Assembly: GCA_900617105.1 (NCBI GenBank)
Contig: UYFQ01000001.1
Span: 2,852,001 to 2,916,000 of the forward strand
From: Hydrurus foetidus
Lineage: Eukaryota
DNA: 64,000 nucleotides
Reading direction: 5' to 3'
Both the position numbers and the translations under genes were made by a program. Under the pieces are notes generated by a model, which saw only the letters and a list, made by a program, of their open reading frames with translations, searched no databases and had not been told where the DNA came from. This document shows, piece after piece, positions 31,496-41,580 of the stretch (the stretch's first letter is position 1; each line of letters starts with the position of its first letter).

Positions 31496-32749
31496 TTGAT
31501 TGAAAAAACAGTGCTGCGCTTTTTTCCTTCAAAACTTTACGTGCGCATTTGGCTGGCGGTCGTTGCCGCTGTCGTGGTGCTGACGTTTTCAGTCGGCGCT
31601 GCGTGGCGCTTGACCCAAGAGCCGACACAACTGCCCATTCGTGAGCTGCAAATTAAAAATTCAGCCGGGGAAGTAATTGGCAGGGCGCAGACCAAGCCTG
31701 ACAGGAAACCAGCCGAGGGGCTAGAGTTTGAAGTGCTGACCAAAGACGGTCAAAACCTCAGCATCTTTTTAGCGCGCCCGCTGCGGTCGTCTGGCAAGCC
31801 TTGGGGCCAGCCGCCTTTTGGTTTTGGCTGGATGCTGGTCCTGGTTGCGGTTGCGGTGGCGCTAGGCTCGTATCCCATTATTCGTCGGCTAACGCAACGG
31901 CTGGAAAAGCTGCAAACGGGGGTTGAGCGTTGGGGCACTGGTGACTTGTCGACCCGACTGGTGCAGGACGGTAACGATGAAGTCGCGTTTTTAGCGGCCC
32001 GTTTTAATCACGCTGCCGAACGGATTGAAGCGCTGCTTAACTCACACAAGTCTTTGCTGGCCAATGCATCGCATGAGTTGCGTTCGCCGCTGGCGCGGAT
32101 CCGCATGAGTCTGGAGTTGTCCAGTCTTGAGGCGTCGTCGCCGCAGCGGGTTGAAATTTCGCGCAGCATTACCGAGCTTGATTTATTGATTGACGAAATT
32201 TTGCTGGCCAGCCGACTAGACACGCAGCAAGCAGACGCCGAACCCATGGAGTCGCTAGACCTGACCGGGCTGGCGGCTGAAGAATGCGCGCGGGCCCAAG
32301 CCGAACTGGCTGTGTCAGCCACCGGGCAAAGCTTGGTGATTCACGGCTCACCGCGCCTGCTGCGGCGGTTGATGCGCAATTTGCTTGAAAACGCCAAGCG
32401 ATATGGCTCAAGCGGGGGCGGCCAAGGCGAAGTGACGCTTGAGCAGACGCGGCAACGCATCGGGCAGCAAGACTTTGCGGTCATTGAAGTGCATGACCGT
32501 GGCCCCGGCGTGCCGCCGGCCCAACGCGAGCGAATTTTTGAACCGTTCTACCGGCTGCCGGGCGCCAGCGAGCGAGACGGCGGCGTTGGCCTGGGGTTGG
32601 CGCTGGTCAAGTCGATCTGCGAGCGGCACGGCGGCACAGTGCGCTGCGAGGCGCGGCCCGGCGGCGGCGCTACCTTTGTGGTGCAGTTGCCCACGTCGCA
32701 GCCGTTAGTTCGGCAGCCACAGCAGCCGCCAGTACAGCCTCGGGGCTGA
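31496..32749 (+). CDS. HAMP-domain sensor histidine kinase
   Basis: ASHELRSPL, NLLENA, DRGPG, GGVGLGL; start uncertain. Confidence 0.93.
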   Translation: MIEKTVLRFFPSKLYVRIWLAVVAAVVVLTFSVGAAWRLTQEPTQLPIRELQIKNSAGEVIGRAQTKPDRKPAEGLEFEVLTKDGQNLSIFLARPLRSSGKPWGQPPFGFGWMLVLVAVAVALGSYPIIRRLTQRLEKLQTGVERWGTGDLSTRLVQDGNDEVAFLAARFNHAAERIEALLNSHKSLLANASHELRSPLARIRMSLELSSLEASSPQRVEISRSITELDLLIDEILLASRLDTQQADAEPMESLDLTGLAAEECARAQAELAVSATGQSLVIHGSPRLLRRLMRNLLENAKRYGSSGGGQGEVTLEQTRQRIGQQDFAVIEVHDRGPGVPPAQRERIFEPFYRLPGASERDGGVGLGLALVKSICERHGGTVRCEARPGGGATFVVQLPTSQPLVRQPQQPPVQPRG

Positions 32750-33710
32750 TGTCGTTCAGGCAACGCATGTGGCCGTCGTTCGGGCCAAGCGGGCATTCGC
32801 GCTGAAAGCAGGGCGAGCAGTCTAGCGGCGGCTGGTAAGCGGCATCATTTTTCAGCCACAACACTTGCGCTTTTTCATTGAGCGGCGGCGTGTGCAGTGG
32901 GCTGCTGGAGCCAAACAGCGCAACCTGCGGGACGCCCAAAGCAGCGCCAATGTGCATCAAACCCGAGTCGTTAGTTACTATTAATTTGCTAGCTGCTTGC
33001 GCCCGTATTGCTTGGGCCAGAGTCGTTTTTCCTGCTAAATTCAGGCAGTTTTGGGCCATAACGGCAATCTCGGCGCACAACTCGGCTTCTTTGGCAGAGC
33101 CGAGCAACACGACAGTGCCACCCAGTTTTTTTGCAAGCTCTGCATAGTGCGCCGCTGGCCAACGCTTGGCCGGGCCGTATTCAGACCCCGGCGCAAACAC
33201 GACGAAAGCGCCGCGCTGCAACCCCAGTTCGCTCAAAGTCTCGTTGATTTTCTCGTCAGAGACATGCAGGTTTGGCCGGTCAGTTTCTATGCCTGCCTCG
33301 CCACTTAGCGCGGAATAAAACGCCACCATCGGCGGCCGGTTTTTCGGGTTTTTCAGCCGATGCGTCAGCAGCCCGATCCGTGCCTCACCGAGGTACCCAA
33401 CGCGCTTGGGAATGCTGGCTAAAAAAGGCAGCAACGCACTTTTCAACGAGTTAGGCAACACGTAAGCCGCGTCAAACTGCCCGGTGATTTGTCGGGCGAT
33501 TCGGCGGCGCGCCGCGAACTGCAAGCCGCCATGCGCAAACGGAAATTCAATCACCTCGGCCACCTGCGGCATAGCCTGATACACCGGGGCCACCCAAGGC
33601 AACGCACCAACAGTCAACCTTTCACCACGAGCCGCAAGCCGCCGCAGCAAAGGCTCGGTCATGACCGCATCGCCAATCCACTGCGGGGCAATGATAAGTG
33701 AGCGAGTCAA
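32670..33710 (-). CDS. waaF: LPS heptosyltransferase II
   Basis: PQWIGDAVM, LPNSLKSA, PGSEYGPAKRWP, TNDSGLMH, CSPCFQRECP. Confidence 0.95.
   Translation of the reverse strand: MTRSLIIAPQWIGDAVMTEPLLRRLAARGERLTVGALPWVAPVYQAMPQVAEVIEFPFAHGGLQFAARRRIARQITGQFDAAYVLPNSLKSALLPFLASIPKRVGYLGEARIGLLTHRLKNPKNRPPMVAFYSALSGEAGIETDRPNLHVSDEKINETLSELGLQRGAFVVFAPGSEYGPAKRWPAAHYAELAKKLGGTVVLLGSAKEAELCAEIAVMAQNCLNLAGKTTLAQAIRAQAASKLIVTNDSGLMHIGAALGVPQVALFGSSSPLHTPPLNEKAQVLWLKNDAAYQPPLDCSPCFQRECPLGPNDGHMRCLNDISPEAVLAAAVAAELTAATWATAPQR
32976..33039 (+). repeat. Repeat A, copy 9, inside the waaF coding region (antisense)
   Basis: TACTATTAATTTGCTAGCTGCTTGCGCCCGTATTGCTTGGGCCAGAG, encoding LAGKTTLAQAIRAQAASKLIV. 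Confidence 0.85.
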
Positions 33711-33714
33711 AGCA

Positions 33715-33791
33715 GCAAATTAATTGGAGTCTGACCCCAATTAAAAGGGCCTCGAATTGCTCTAATTGGGGTCAGACTCCAATTAATTTGC
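33715..33791. repeat. Perfect 29-bp inverted repeat (REP doublet, GGGGTCAGA type)
   Basis: GCAAATTAATTGGAGTCTGACCCCAATTA-19nt-TAATTGGGGTCAGACTCCAATTAATTTGC. Confidence 0.9.
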
Positions 33792-33797
33792 CAAGCG

Positions 33798-34007
33798 TTA
33801 GTGATGCGCGCCAAAGTGCTCACCTGCTTTTAGTGCGTACACCGTTCCACAATATGGGCACTTCGCACTGCCCGTGCGGGCCACGTCGAGGTAAACCTTC
33901 GGGTGGCTGCTGTACACGTCCATGTGCGCTTTGGCGCTGGGGCAGTACACGCCGCCTTGGGCGTTCAAATCTGAAGCTAGCAGCTCGATGTGCGATGAAG
34001 TGGTCAT
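33798..34007 (-). CDS. zf-CHCC-type zinc-finger small protein
   Basis: YCP...HPKVYL...CPYCG; located between ilvE and waaF. Confidence 0.88.
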   Translation of the reverse strand: MTTSSHIELLASDLNAQGGVYCPSAKAHMDVYSSHPKVYLDVARTGSAKCPYCGTVYALKAGEHFGAHH

Positions 34008-34023
34008 CAGGTTGAAACCTTGC

Positions 34024-34980
34024 TTAGACTTTGGCTAACCAAGACGCGTACTTGGGATTGCGGCCGTTAACGATGTCGAAGAACGCTGCCTGAATTTTTT
34101 CAGTGATGGGGCCACGTGAGCCGCCATCGCCACGGTTACCAATCTCAACCCGGTCCAGCTCACGAATCGGCGTCACTTCAGCCGCTGTGCCGCTGAAAAA
34201 CGCCTCGTCGGCGATGTAGATTTCATCGCGGGTGATGGCTTTTTCTTTGAGCTCAATTCCCAAGTCTTTGCAGATTGAAAAAATAGTGTTGCGCGTGATG
34301 CCGTTCAAAGCGCCAGCACTTGAGTCTGGCGTGTAGACCACGCCTTTGCGCACTACAAACACGTTCTCGCCTGCGCCTTCGCTCACAAAGCCTTGCGGGT
34401 CGAGCAACAGGGCTTCGTCGTAGCCCTCGTCGGTGGCTTCCATGTTGGCCAAAATCGAGTTGGTGTAGTTGCTCACCGCCTTGGCGTGAATCATGGTGAT
34501 GTTGACATGATGGCGCGTGAAGCTGGACGTTTTGACGCGAATGCCGCGCTTTAAACCGTCGTCGCCCAAGTACGCGCCCCAAGGCCAGGCAGCCACCATC
34601 AAGTGGATTTTGTTGCCCTTGGGTGACACGCCGAGTTTTTCAGACCCGATCCAGGTCAGCGGGCGAATGTAGCAGCTTGGCAGCTTGTTAACGCGCACCA
34701 CATCGAGCGTGGCTTGCATGACTTCAGCTTGCGTAAACGGGATCTTCATGCGCAAAATTTTGGCGCTGTTAAACAGGCGTTCGGTGTGCTCTTCCAGGCG
34801 AAAAATACCGGTGCTGCCATCAGCCAGGTGGTAAGCGCGCACGCCTTCAAATGCGCCGCAGCCATAGTGCAGCGTGTGGCTTAGCACGTGGATTTTGGCG
34901 TCACGCCACTCGACCATTTGGCCGTCCATCCAGATTTTGCCGTCGCGGTCGCTAAGTGCTTGGGGTGCTGCAGTTGCCAT
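34024..34980 (-). CDS. ilvE: Branched-chain amino acid aminotransferase
   Basis: LHYGCGAFEGVRAY, AKAVSNY, EGAGEN, GITR, GTAAEVTP. Confidence 0.97.
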   Translation of the reverse strand: MATAAPQALSDRDGKIWMDGQMVEWRDAKIHVLSHTLHYGCGAFEGVRAYHLADGSTGIFRLEEHTERLFNSAKILRMKIPFTQAEVMQATLDVVRVNKLPSCYIRPLTWIGSEKLGVSPKGNKIHLMVAAWPWGAYLGDDGLKRGIRVKTSSFTRHHVNITMIHAKAVSNYTNSILANMEATDEGYDEALLLDPQGFVSEGAGENVFVVRKGVVYTPDSSAGALNGITRNTIFSICKDLGIELKEKAITRDEIYIADEAFFSGTAAEVTPIRELDRVEIGNRGDGGSRGPITEKIQAAFFDIVNGRNPKYASWLAKV

Positions 34981-35027
34981 GGTTGTCCTGAGTTTAAAAA
35001 ATAGGTTGGTGCCCGATTTTACGGGCG

Positions 35028-35429
35028 CTAGGACGTCTCGGCCTGCGGCCTGAGCAATTCATGGTGCGACAACTTGCCGCCCACGAAGGTACAGGTCACA
35101 ACTGAGTGGCTGCCGTCTTTCCATTCAAACACTTCAGGCTGCTCGCCTTTTGCAGTTTTGAGCAAGCCTAGAGCCCGCGTCATGGCCACTACGTGCAGCA
35201 GCGTGGCACCGGGTTTGAGCTTGGCGTTCAACATGACCGCGCTATCGACATAACCCATGGGCCGGTTGGCAGCGCGCTTTAAAACCTGCATCATGCGGGA
35301 AAAGTGCAGCAAGATGCCGAACACCAGCACACTCACAACCACCAACACGCCCTGCCAGCCATAAGAGCGCCAAGCCAGCGCAGCGCCGCCAATAATAGCC
35401 AGCGGTATAAGAATTTTTGGTAAGTTCAT
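35028..35429 (-). CDS. Conserved hypothetical membrane protein
   Basis: Two N-terminal hydrophobic segments; VDSAVMLNAKL; host-like codon usage. Confidence 0.75.
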   Translation of the reverse strand: MNLPKILIPLAIIGGAALAWRSYGWQGVLVVVSVLVFGILLHFSRMMQVLKRAANRPMGYVDSAVMLNAKLKPGATLLHVVAMTRALGLLKTAKGEQPEVFEWKDGSHSVVTCTFVGGKLSHHELLRPQAETS

Positions 35430-35478
35430 GCCGCTATTTTCGCAGCTTGTTATCTGGCCAATAGCGCAGCGGCTGTGC

Positions 35479-36264
35479 CTATGCGGTCATGCGCCCAGTG
35501 CGCAACGCAATTGCCCAGTCTGGCCGCTGGCGCGACTCAGCCAGCACAGCCATGCTCTCAAAGTCGTACATCGTGCAGCGCAGCTCGATGTGCCAGCCTG
35601 AAGCAGTTTGCTCGGCAATGGCGTACCTGGCATGCGGGCTGCCGGTTTCTATCTGGTGCTTGAACGGGTGATCGTCGTCATACGCCGGCAAGCCAACGCT
35701 GCCTGGGTTGACGATGGTGATAAGGTGACCGCCGTCTGGGCTGGCGACGCTGACAACGCGGGGAACATGCGTGTGGCCGCAAACGATCAGGCTGGCTTGC
35801 ATGTGCGGGCCTGCGCCCAAGCGCGCAAGCACCTCAGCTTGCGTGGCGGCGCGCACGCCCGGCGAGCCGTGTTGGCCGAAGTCGTCGATCACGGTTTCAA
35901 GCCAGTAGTGCAAGTCGCTGTGCGGCGTGCCGTGGCAGATGAAAACACCATCAGCGAGCCAGAGAGTGCGCGGTGCGCTGGCCAGCCAGTCGCGATGGGC
36001 GCTTGAGATTTCACTGGCGGTGCAACTGTCGCTGCGGTTTAACTTCTCAGGCGGGAAGGTCAGCAATTGCCGCTCGTGGTTGCCGGCAATCATCGGGATT
36101 TTCCGCTGCATGAGCAGGTCGGCAGTTTTGGCAGATTCAAGAGGGCCGCCCAACGTGTCGCCCACGTTGATGATGTGGTCGACCCCGGCAGCGTCAATTT
36201 CCGCCAGCACCGCTAGCAGCGCCGGCAAGTTGCCGTGAATGTCTGAAATGATGGCGATTTTCAT
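35479..36264 (-). CDS. Metallophosphoesterase
   Basis: SDIHGN, VGD, GNHE, HGTP, GHTH, NPGSVG. Confidence 0.93.
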   Translation of the reverse strand: MKIAIISDIHGNLPALLAVLAEIDAAGVDHIINVGDTLGGPLESAKTADLLMQRKIPMIAGNHERQLLTFPPEKLNRSDSCTASEISSAHRDWLASAPRTLWLADGVFICHGTPHSDLHYWLETVIDDFGQHGSPGVRAATQAEVLARLGAGPHMQASLIVCGHTHVPRVVSVASPDGGHLITIVNPGSVGLPAYDDDHPFKHQIETGSPHARYAIAEQTASGWHIELRCTMYDFESMAVLAESRQRPDWAIALRTGRMTA

Positions 36265-36305
36265 GATTACACCAGTTTGGCGCGATTTGACTCATTTTGG
36301 GCCAT

Positions 36306-36371
36306 TTTTAAGCATGTTTTAGTGCCAAAGCCCAATAGAAACGGGCGCGAGCAGCTCTTTATATAATAGCA
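36306..36371 (-). repeat. Repeat A, copy 10
   Basis: AGCCCAATAGAAACGGGCGCGAGCAGCTCTTTATATAATAGCA. Confidence 0.88.
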
Positions 36372-36415
36372 ATTTAGCATCCTGCTGCAAGCTGTGCACC
36401 ACCTTCACCGCCTGC

Positions 36416-36820
36416 TCAATGCGCTCCACAACATTTCGCTCTTGCCGAAATCTCAAATCGGTTGTCTTGGTAGGGCCGGCGCCCACTAAGCAGTTGAAAC
36501 AGGCTCTCCAGCGGGTAAGCCAATAAAAAAAGGGCGCCCCAGAGTTCGTACTGAGCGACATGAACTCTTTCATGCCTGCGCAGCGCGACCTGTTCTTGCG
36601 CACTGCAGGCGATGACGACATGGCCGAATGTGATCGCCGAGAACGGCAGGCAGGCTACTGCTTTGCAAAGCACGGCGCTGCGGGGTACAAGACTAACTTC
36701 CATCACGCCGCTGACGCGTTCGACTTTTGCCCCTATAACTCCGCCTAGCAGGGCCGCACAGACGCCTAGGGCAGAGGCTGGCGAGGCCCAGATGTATTTC
36801 AGAGCGGTGGTGGGTGACAT
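36416..36820 (-). CDS. Hypothetical protein with HExxH motif
   Basis: WASP, AITFGHVV, HERVHVAQYE, PYQDNRFE. Confidence 0.75.
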   Translation of the reverse strand: MSPTTALKYIWASPASALGVCAALLGGVIGAKVERVSGVMEVSLVPRSAVLCKAVACLPFSAITFGHVVIACSAQEQVALRRHERVHVAQYELWGALFLLAYPLESLFQLLSGRRPYQDNRFEISARAKCCGAH

Positions 36821-36827
36821 CCTTCAC

Positions 36828-37184
36828 TTACGCCAAGGTACGAGCCGCTGCAGTCTGAATCTCGCCAGTGTTTGGGGTGCCAGTTGGCTCAATCAGCAAA
36901 AGGTGTGCTTCGTCTTCAGCAACCGTCCGGTGCTCGACCCCTTTGGGCACAACATACATTTCACCAGCATTCAGTTCGACGGTGCGATCACGCATTTCCA
37001 CCTTGAGTTTGCCTTTAATCACCAGAAAGAAATCGTCTGTGTCTGCATGGCTGTGCCAAACAAATTCGCCTTTGACTTTGACGACCATGAGGTCATGCCC
37101 GTTGAACACGCCTACAGTTCTTGGACTCCAGTGTTCCGTGAACGTGTTGAGCTTGGATGAGAGATTGATTGCTTCGTTATGCAT
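36828..37184 (-). CDS. Cupin domain protein
   Basis: EHWSPR, GEFVWHSHADTDDFF, VVPKGVEH, TPNTG. Confidence 0.9.
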   Translation of the reverse strand: MHNEAINLSSKLNTFTEHWSPRTVGVFNGHDLMVVKVKGEFVWHSHADTDDFFLVIKGKLKVEMRDRTVELNAGEMYVVPKGVEHRTVAEDEAHLLLIEPTGTPNTGEIQTAAARTLA

Positions 37185-37352
37185 TTAGATGGTGAAGTTA
37201 AATGGGGAGAACGTTTTCATTTCTCAGCTCGATTTGCTTGAGAGTGCTGCTCAATGTCCCAGGGGCATGTCTGCGATTAGCTTGCACGGCAACGTTACTG
37301 TGCCAGATTTGGATAGCGGATTGGCACGGGCGCCCGGGCAACAGCGACTAAC

Positions 37353-38741
37353 TCACTGCAAACTCCGCACCACCTCCAGCGCCTGCTCAATGCGCTCAAC
37401 GGCATGAATCGTCAGCCCCTCAAACGCTTTGTCGTTCTTCTTCGGCGCGTTGGCTTTGGGCACGATAGCCACGCTAAAACCCAGCTTGGCGGCTTCTTTT
37501 AGGCGCTCTTGCCCGCGCGGCGCAGGGCGCACTTCGCCGGCCAAACCGACCTCGCCAAAGGCAATAAAACCTTTAGGCAGCGGCCTGCCCCGCAGGCTCG
37601 AAGTAATCGCTAACATCACGGCCAGGTCAGCCGCAGGCTCGCTGATGCGGACTCCGCCGACGGCGTTGACAAACACGTCCTGGTCCATGCAGGCCACGCC
37701 AGCGTGGCGGTGTAAAACCGCCAGCAGCATGGCCAGGCGGTCTTTGTCGAGGCCAACTGAAAGCCGCCGGGGCGATGGGCCGCCACTATCGACCAGCGCT
37801 TGAATCTCCACCAACATCGGCCGGGTACCTTCCAGCGTGACCATCACGCAGCTGCCCGGCACGGGCTCGGTGTGCTGGCTTAAAAAGATGGCGCTGGGGT
37901 TGCTGACACCTTTCAGGCCTTTTTCGGTCATGGCGAACACGCCGATTTCGTTCACTGCGCCAAAACGGTTTTTAATCGCCCGCACCAGCCGAAAGCTGCT
38001 GTGCGTGTCGCCTTCAAAGTACAGCACGGTGTCGACCATGTGCTCCAGTACGCGCGGCCCGGCCAGCGCGCCTTCCTTGGTGACGTGGCCGACTAGCACG
38101 ATGCACACGCCCGACGACTTGGCCATGCGCGTCAAGTGCGCAGCGCATTCACGCACCTGGGCGACCGAGCCGGGGGCCGACGTGAGCTGGTCTGAATAGA
38201 CGGTTTGAATCGAGTCGATCACTGCAATCGTCGGCTGCGTGGCTTCCAGCGTGGCCAGGATTTTTTCAAGCTGAATTTCAGCCAGTACCTTGACTTGCGA
38301 GCCTTCTAGGCCCAACCGTCTTGAACGCAAAGCAATCTGCGCGCCGCTTTCTTCGCCGGTCACATACAAAGTGCTCTGCCCCGCCCGCTGCAATGAATCC
38401 AGCGCTTGCAAAAGCAATGTCGATTTGCCAATGCCCGGGTCGCCGCCAATCAGCACCACACCGCCTTCCACAATGCCGCCGCCCAGCACGCGGTCAAGCT
38501 CTTCGTGACCCGTCGGCGTGCGCTGCATGTCGGTGGCGTCAATGTCGGCCAGCGGGGTCACTTCAGACGCTTTGGCCAGCCCCACGTACTGCTGGCTGTA
38601 GCGGTTTTTGGTGGGTGCCGAGTTGTCGGCCGCGCCTTCAATCAGTGTGTTCCAGGCGTTGCAGCTTGGGCATTTGCCCAGCCATTTGGGGCTTTGCCCG
38701 CCGCACTCGGTGCAGGTGAAGGTGGTTTTGTCTTTGGCCAT
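37353..38741 (-). CDS. radA: DNA repair protein RadA/Sms
   Basis: C4 zinc finger, GGDPGIGKST, KNRFG, Lon-like C-terminus. Confidence 0.98.
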   Translation of the reverse strand: MAKDKTTFTCTECGGQSPKWLGKCPSCNAWNTLIEGAADNSAPTKNRYSQQYVGLAKASEVTPLADIDATDMQRTPTGHEELDRVLGGGIVEGGVVLIGGDPGIGKSTLLLQALDSLQRAGQSTLYVTGEESGAQIALRSRRLGLEGSQVKVLAEIQLEKILATLEATQPTIAVIDSIQTVYSDQLTSAPGSVAQVRECAAHLTRMAKSSGVCIVLVGHVTKEGALAGPRVLEHMVDTVLYFEGDTHSSFRLVRAIKNRFGAVNEIGVFAMTEKGLKGVSNPSAIFLSQHTEPVPGSCVMVTLEGTRPMLVEIQALVDSGGPSPRRLSVGLDKDRLAMLLAVLHRHAGVACMDQDVFVNAVGGVRISEPAADLAVMLAITSSLRGRPLPKGFIAFGEVGLAGEVRPAPRGQERLKEAAKLGFSVAIVPKANAPKKNDKAFEGLTIHAVERIEQALEVVRSLQ

Positions 38742-38834
38742 GGATAGATTTTACTGGTTATATTTACAGCTACTACATCAACCAGAAATTCATCAAAGTA
38801 ATACAATAAATGCTTGTACTACTCGGAGCGCGCT

Positions 38835-39092
38835 ATGACACCTGCACTCACCGTTAAAAGCCAAGTCACCATACCAAAAGCCATCCGTGATTATCTGGGT
38901 ATCGGACCCGGAGCCCGCATTACTTTTGAACCGCTTATGGACGGCCGTGTAGCGATCACCAATGCAGATAAGTCTGCCAGACGCAAGCTCGCTATTGATC
39001 CGGTTGATGCGTTGATAGGCAGCGCAACGCGCAAGATCAGCACCGACGAGTTGATGCGTTTGACCCGAGGTGACGACTGGAACAAGCCGTGA
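38835..39092 (+). CDS. AbrB/MazE-fold antitoxin (VapB-like)
   Basis: LTVKSQVTIPKAIRDYLGIGPG...STDELMRLTRG; GTGA overlap with the PIN gene. Confidence 0.88.
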   Translation: MTPALTVKSQVTIPKAIRDYLGIGPGARITFEPLMDGRVAITNADKSARRKLAIDPVDALIGSATRKISTDELMRLTRGDDWNKP

Positions 39093-39490
39093 TTTTGGTG
39101 GACTCCAATGTCTGGATTGACGTGATGTCGCGCGACCCGGTTTGGCTGGATTGGTCTGTTTCACAGATCAAGCTCGCCCGTCTAAAAGACGGCATCGCCA
39201 TCAACCCGGTGATTTACGCTGAAATTTCTGCCTCTTTTGACAGCATCACCGCACTCAACGACTACCTGCGCCCTTTAAAGATCAAGAACACAGGCTTTTC
39301 TGACCAAGCTGCGTTTTTGGCAGGTCAAGCCTTTTGGGCCTACCGCCAGCGCAAAGGCGCAAAGACAGGTGTGCTGCCAGACTTTTTCATCGGCGCGCAA
39401 GCTCAGGCTGAAAACTGGACTTTGCTGACCCGCGATGCGGCTCGGTATAAAACTTATTTCCCTGAGGTTAAGTTGATCTGCCCTGTTTGA
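39089..39490 (+). CDS. vapC: VapC-family PIN toxin
   Basis: [27 protein letters not shown]. Confidence 0.9.
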   Translation: MILVDSNVWIDVMSRDPVWLDWSVSQIKLARLKDGIAINPVIYAEISASFDSITALNDYLRPLKIKNTGFSDQAAFLAGQAFWAYRQRKGAKTGVLPDFFIGAQAQAENWTLLTRDAARYKTYFPEVKLICPV

Positions 39491-39504
39491 ATATTGAAAC
39501 AACC

Positions 39505-40350
39505 ATGCAAACACCCGTCAACCTTTTCAAACAAGCACTTCAAAACAAACCGGCGCAAATCGGCTTGTGGCTGGGCTTGCCAGACAGCACGGCGGCAGAA
39601 ATTTGTGCAGGCGCTGGCTTTGACTGGTTGCTGATTGACGGCGAGCACGCGCCCAACGATTTGCGCAGCATCTTGCAGCAATTGCAAACCATTGCGGGCT
39701 ACCCAGGCGTGCATGCCATTGCCCGAGTGCCGATGGGCCACGGCCATGTGGGTGAAATGTTGATCAAGCAGTATCTTGATTTAGGCGTGACCACGCTGTT
39801 GGTGCCGATGGTTGACACCGAAAGCCAAGCCGCGGCAGTGGTGCGTGCGGCGCGTTACCCGCAGCCTGGTGAAAAAATCGAAGACAGGGACGGCCCGGCG
39901 TACGGCACAAGAGGCATGGCAGGCGCGCGCGCTTCACGCTATGGCCGCTACCCCAATTACGCGCTTGAGGCCAATGCGCAAGTGTGCGTGCTGGTGCAGG
40001 CCGAAACTCAAACTGCCCTCGACAACCTTGACGCGATTGCAGCGGTTGAAGGCGTTGATGGCGTGTTTATTGGTCCAGCGGATTTGTCGGCGTCGATGGG
40101 CTACGTGGGGCAGCTCACGCACCCGGCCGTGCTGGCGGCAATTGAGGGCGCCATAGCCCGCATCAACCGCGCTGGCAAAGCCGCCGGTATTTTGACGACA
40201 GACGAAACGCTGGCCAAGCATTACCTGGAACTAGGCGCGCTGTTTGTTGCGGTCGGGTTAGACACCCACCTGCTGGCCAAGCACACCAGCGCATTGGCCA
40301 GCAAATTTAAACCCAGTCTGGTCACCCAGCCCGCTGGCAAAATTTATTGA
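39505..40350 (+). CDS. HpcH/HpaI family aldolase
   Basis: [29 protein letters not shown]. Confidence 0.92.
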   Translation: MQTPVNLFKQALQNKPAQIGLWLGLPDSTAAEICAGAGFDWLLIDGEHAPNDLRSILQQLQTIAGYPGVHAIARVPMGHGHVGEMLIKQYLDLGVTTLLVPMVDTESQAAAVVRAARYPQPGEKIEDRDGPAYGTRGMAGARASRYGRYPNYALEANAQVCVLVQAETQTALDNLDAIAAVEGVDGVFIGPADLSASMGYVGQLTHPAVLAAIEGAIARINRAGKAAGILTTDETLAKHYLELGALFVAVGLDTHLLAKHTSALASKFKPSLVTQPAGKIY

Positions 40351-40387
40351 TTCGGCAACTGATTGCGGTGTGCCCGGCAACATCCAA

Positions 40388-40451
40388 TGCTATTTAATCA
40401 ATAGCTGATTACGCCCGTATTTATTGGTTTTTAATCGATTTTTATACTCAG
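40388..40451 (+). repeat. Repeat A, copy 11
   Basis: TGCTATTTAATCAATAGCTGATTACGCCCGTATTTATTGG. Confidence 0.85.
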
Positions 40452-40487
40452 AACGGCCTGTTTTTAGGCAATAAGTCGATTAGGGAA

Positions 40488-41468
40488 ATGATGAAAGTAT
40501 GTATTTACGGCGCAGGCGCGATTGGCGGCTGGATAGGCCACGGATTAGCGCGCACGGGCTCCAGTGTCAGTGTCGTGGCGCGCGGCGCGACGCTTGATGC
40601 ACTACAGCAGCACGGCCTGCGCTTGAGTCACTCGGGCGAAGTAACGGCGCAAGCCGTTCAAGCCGCTCAGTCGCCTGCCGACTTGGGCGTGCAAGACCTG
40701 GTCATCATCAGCGTGAAAGCGCCATCGCTCGTGCAGGTGGCTGAGCACATCGCGCCGCTGATCGGGCCAAACACCGTGGTGATGACCGCTATGAACGGCG
40801 TGCCGTGGTGGTTTTTGAACGACTTTGGTGGCGCGTTTGCCAATCGCAGCCTGGCATCTACCGACCCACACGGCGCTATCGCAAACGCAATCGCGCCGCA
40901 ACTCATCGTGGGCTGCGTAGTGCACGCCAGTTGCTCAACTGACAGCCCCGGCGTGGTGCGCCATCACTTCGGCAACAAGCTGATCATTGGCGAGCCGTCA
41001 GGCGAAAAAACCGCGCGTGTGCAGCAACTGGCAGCGCTGTTTGATAAGGCCGGTTTTGAGGCCGTGCTGTCTGAACAAATTCAAAAAGACATCTGGTTCA
41101 AGTTGTGGGGAAACATGACGGTCAACCCCGTTAGCGCGCTGACCGGCGCTACCACTGATTTGATTTTGAACGACGATCTGGTGCGCGGCTTTATTTCAAG
41201 CGTGATGCTTGAAGCCAAAGAAATTGGCGCGCGGCTGGGCATACACATTGACCAGCAACCCGCTGACCGCCATGCGGTCACGCTGAAGTTGGGCGCGTTC
41301 AAAACGTCGATGCTGCAAGACCTTGAAGCGGGCAAAGCGGTGGAGCTGGACGCACTGGTCACAGCCGTCAAAGAGTTGGGCGCAATGACGCAGGTTGCCA
41401 CGCCGTACACCGATGCGCTGCTGGGCCTCAGCCGTCTGCAGGTGCGGGTGCGCGGGCTGTACGACTAG
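40488..41468 (+). CDS. 2-dehydropantoate 2-reductase (ApbA/PanE family)
   Basis: YGAGAIGG, MNGVPWW, WFKLWGN, KTSMLQD..E. Confidence 0.9.
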   Translation: MMKVCIYGAGAIGGWIGHGLARTGSSVSVVARGATLDALQQHGLRLSHSGEVTAQAVQAAQSPADLGVQDLVIISVKAPSLVQVAEHIAPLIGPNTVVMTAMNGVPWWFLNDFGGAFANRSLASTDPHGAIANAIAPQLIVGCVVHASCSTDSPGVVRHHFGNKLIIGEPSGEKTARVQQLAALFDKAGFEAVLSEQIQKDIWFKLWGNMTVNPVSALTGATTDLILNDDLVRGFISSVMLEAKEIGARLGIHIDQQPADRHAVTLKLGAFKTSMLQDLEAGKAVELDALVTAVKELGAMTQVATPYTDALLGLSRLQVRVRGLYD

Positions 41469-41580
41469 GGTCGCACATATGTTGCGCGTGGGTAAACGCG
41501 TAGGTGAGCAGCGCAACTTTCAGCGCCCCGCTCCAAACTGTGCGACATTTAATTCACGTTATTTTTCACAAGGCTCGTTC

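Noticed and set aside
32670..32749. 80-bp convergent overlap of the histidine kinase and waaF
   Set aside because: Both tails are low-complexity and lie beyond the conserved domains; probably stop-codon drift.
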